Assembly: GCF_006345805.1 (NCBI RefSeq)
Contig: NW_021828060.1
Span: 1-35,873 of the forward strand
Length of the DNA stretch: 35,873 nucleotides
Reading direction: 5' to 3'
From: Octopus sinensis
Taxonomy: Eukaryota
In this document: positions 35,573-35,873 of the stretch, piece by piece
Numbering within the stretch: the stretch's first letter is position 1
How the letters are laid out: each line of letters begins with the position of its first letter
Made by a program: the position numbers and the translations under genes
The notes under the pieces: model-generated
Databases searched by the model: none
What the model was told of the DNA's origin: nothing
The model's input: only the letters and a program-made list of their open reading frames with translations

Positions 35573-35873
35573 TATTAATTCCAAGCAACTGACTACTGAC
35601 GTCTTGGAAAGACGTCTTTATTTTAAGAAAGATGGAATATCGGATCACATCAGGCATTATGTCCTTTAATTTTTATATTTGTATCGCATTACGTAATGGA
35701 TGTTTTGGCTTTGGCAGCTATTTCAAGCTGGTCCGATGACCATTTAGAGATACCGAAATTTAATCGCAAACAAAGAAATAAAATTTTTAAGAGATAAATT
35801 TTGTTTCGCGCTGTCGTTATCGGCCCCTACGAGTCTGGTTTTATCAAAAGAAGGGTTTCTCTTCGAGAAGAAA

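Overview
This is eukaryotic, AT-rich, extremely microsatellite-dense DNA. It is most likely Octopus (cephalopod) intronic or intergenic sequence, inferred from the SINE types and repeat content. No host gene can be confidently identified, and almost all ORF-track entries are microsatellite artefacts. Recognisable elements: a 5'-truncated, frameshifted Tx1-clade LINE (APE+RT+zinc knuckle) inside a (GATA)n array, with a second Tx1 3' fragment in tandem; an R4/Dong-type RLE LINE 3' fragment inside (TAA)n; a CR1/L2-group LINE 3' fragment and two tiny tail fragments inside (TA)n; many tRNA-derived SINEs; several MITEs; and an internally deleted mariner. The most striking signal is about ten type I hammerhead-ribozyme (HHR) motifs from six unrelated sequence families. 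Most sit in long inverted repeats whose 3' ends face outward (about 11.9-12.2, 20.7-21.1, 22.5-22.8 and 29.0-29.9 kb), resembling non-autonomous Penelope-like terminal repeats. They include a canonical core (29762-29809) and a non-canonical core with a compensatory G3:C8 swap (12098-12144). All folds and alignments were done by eye; activity and novelty are untested.
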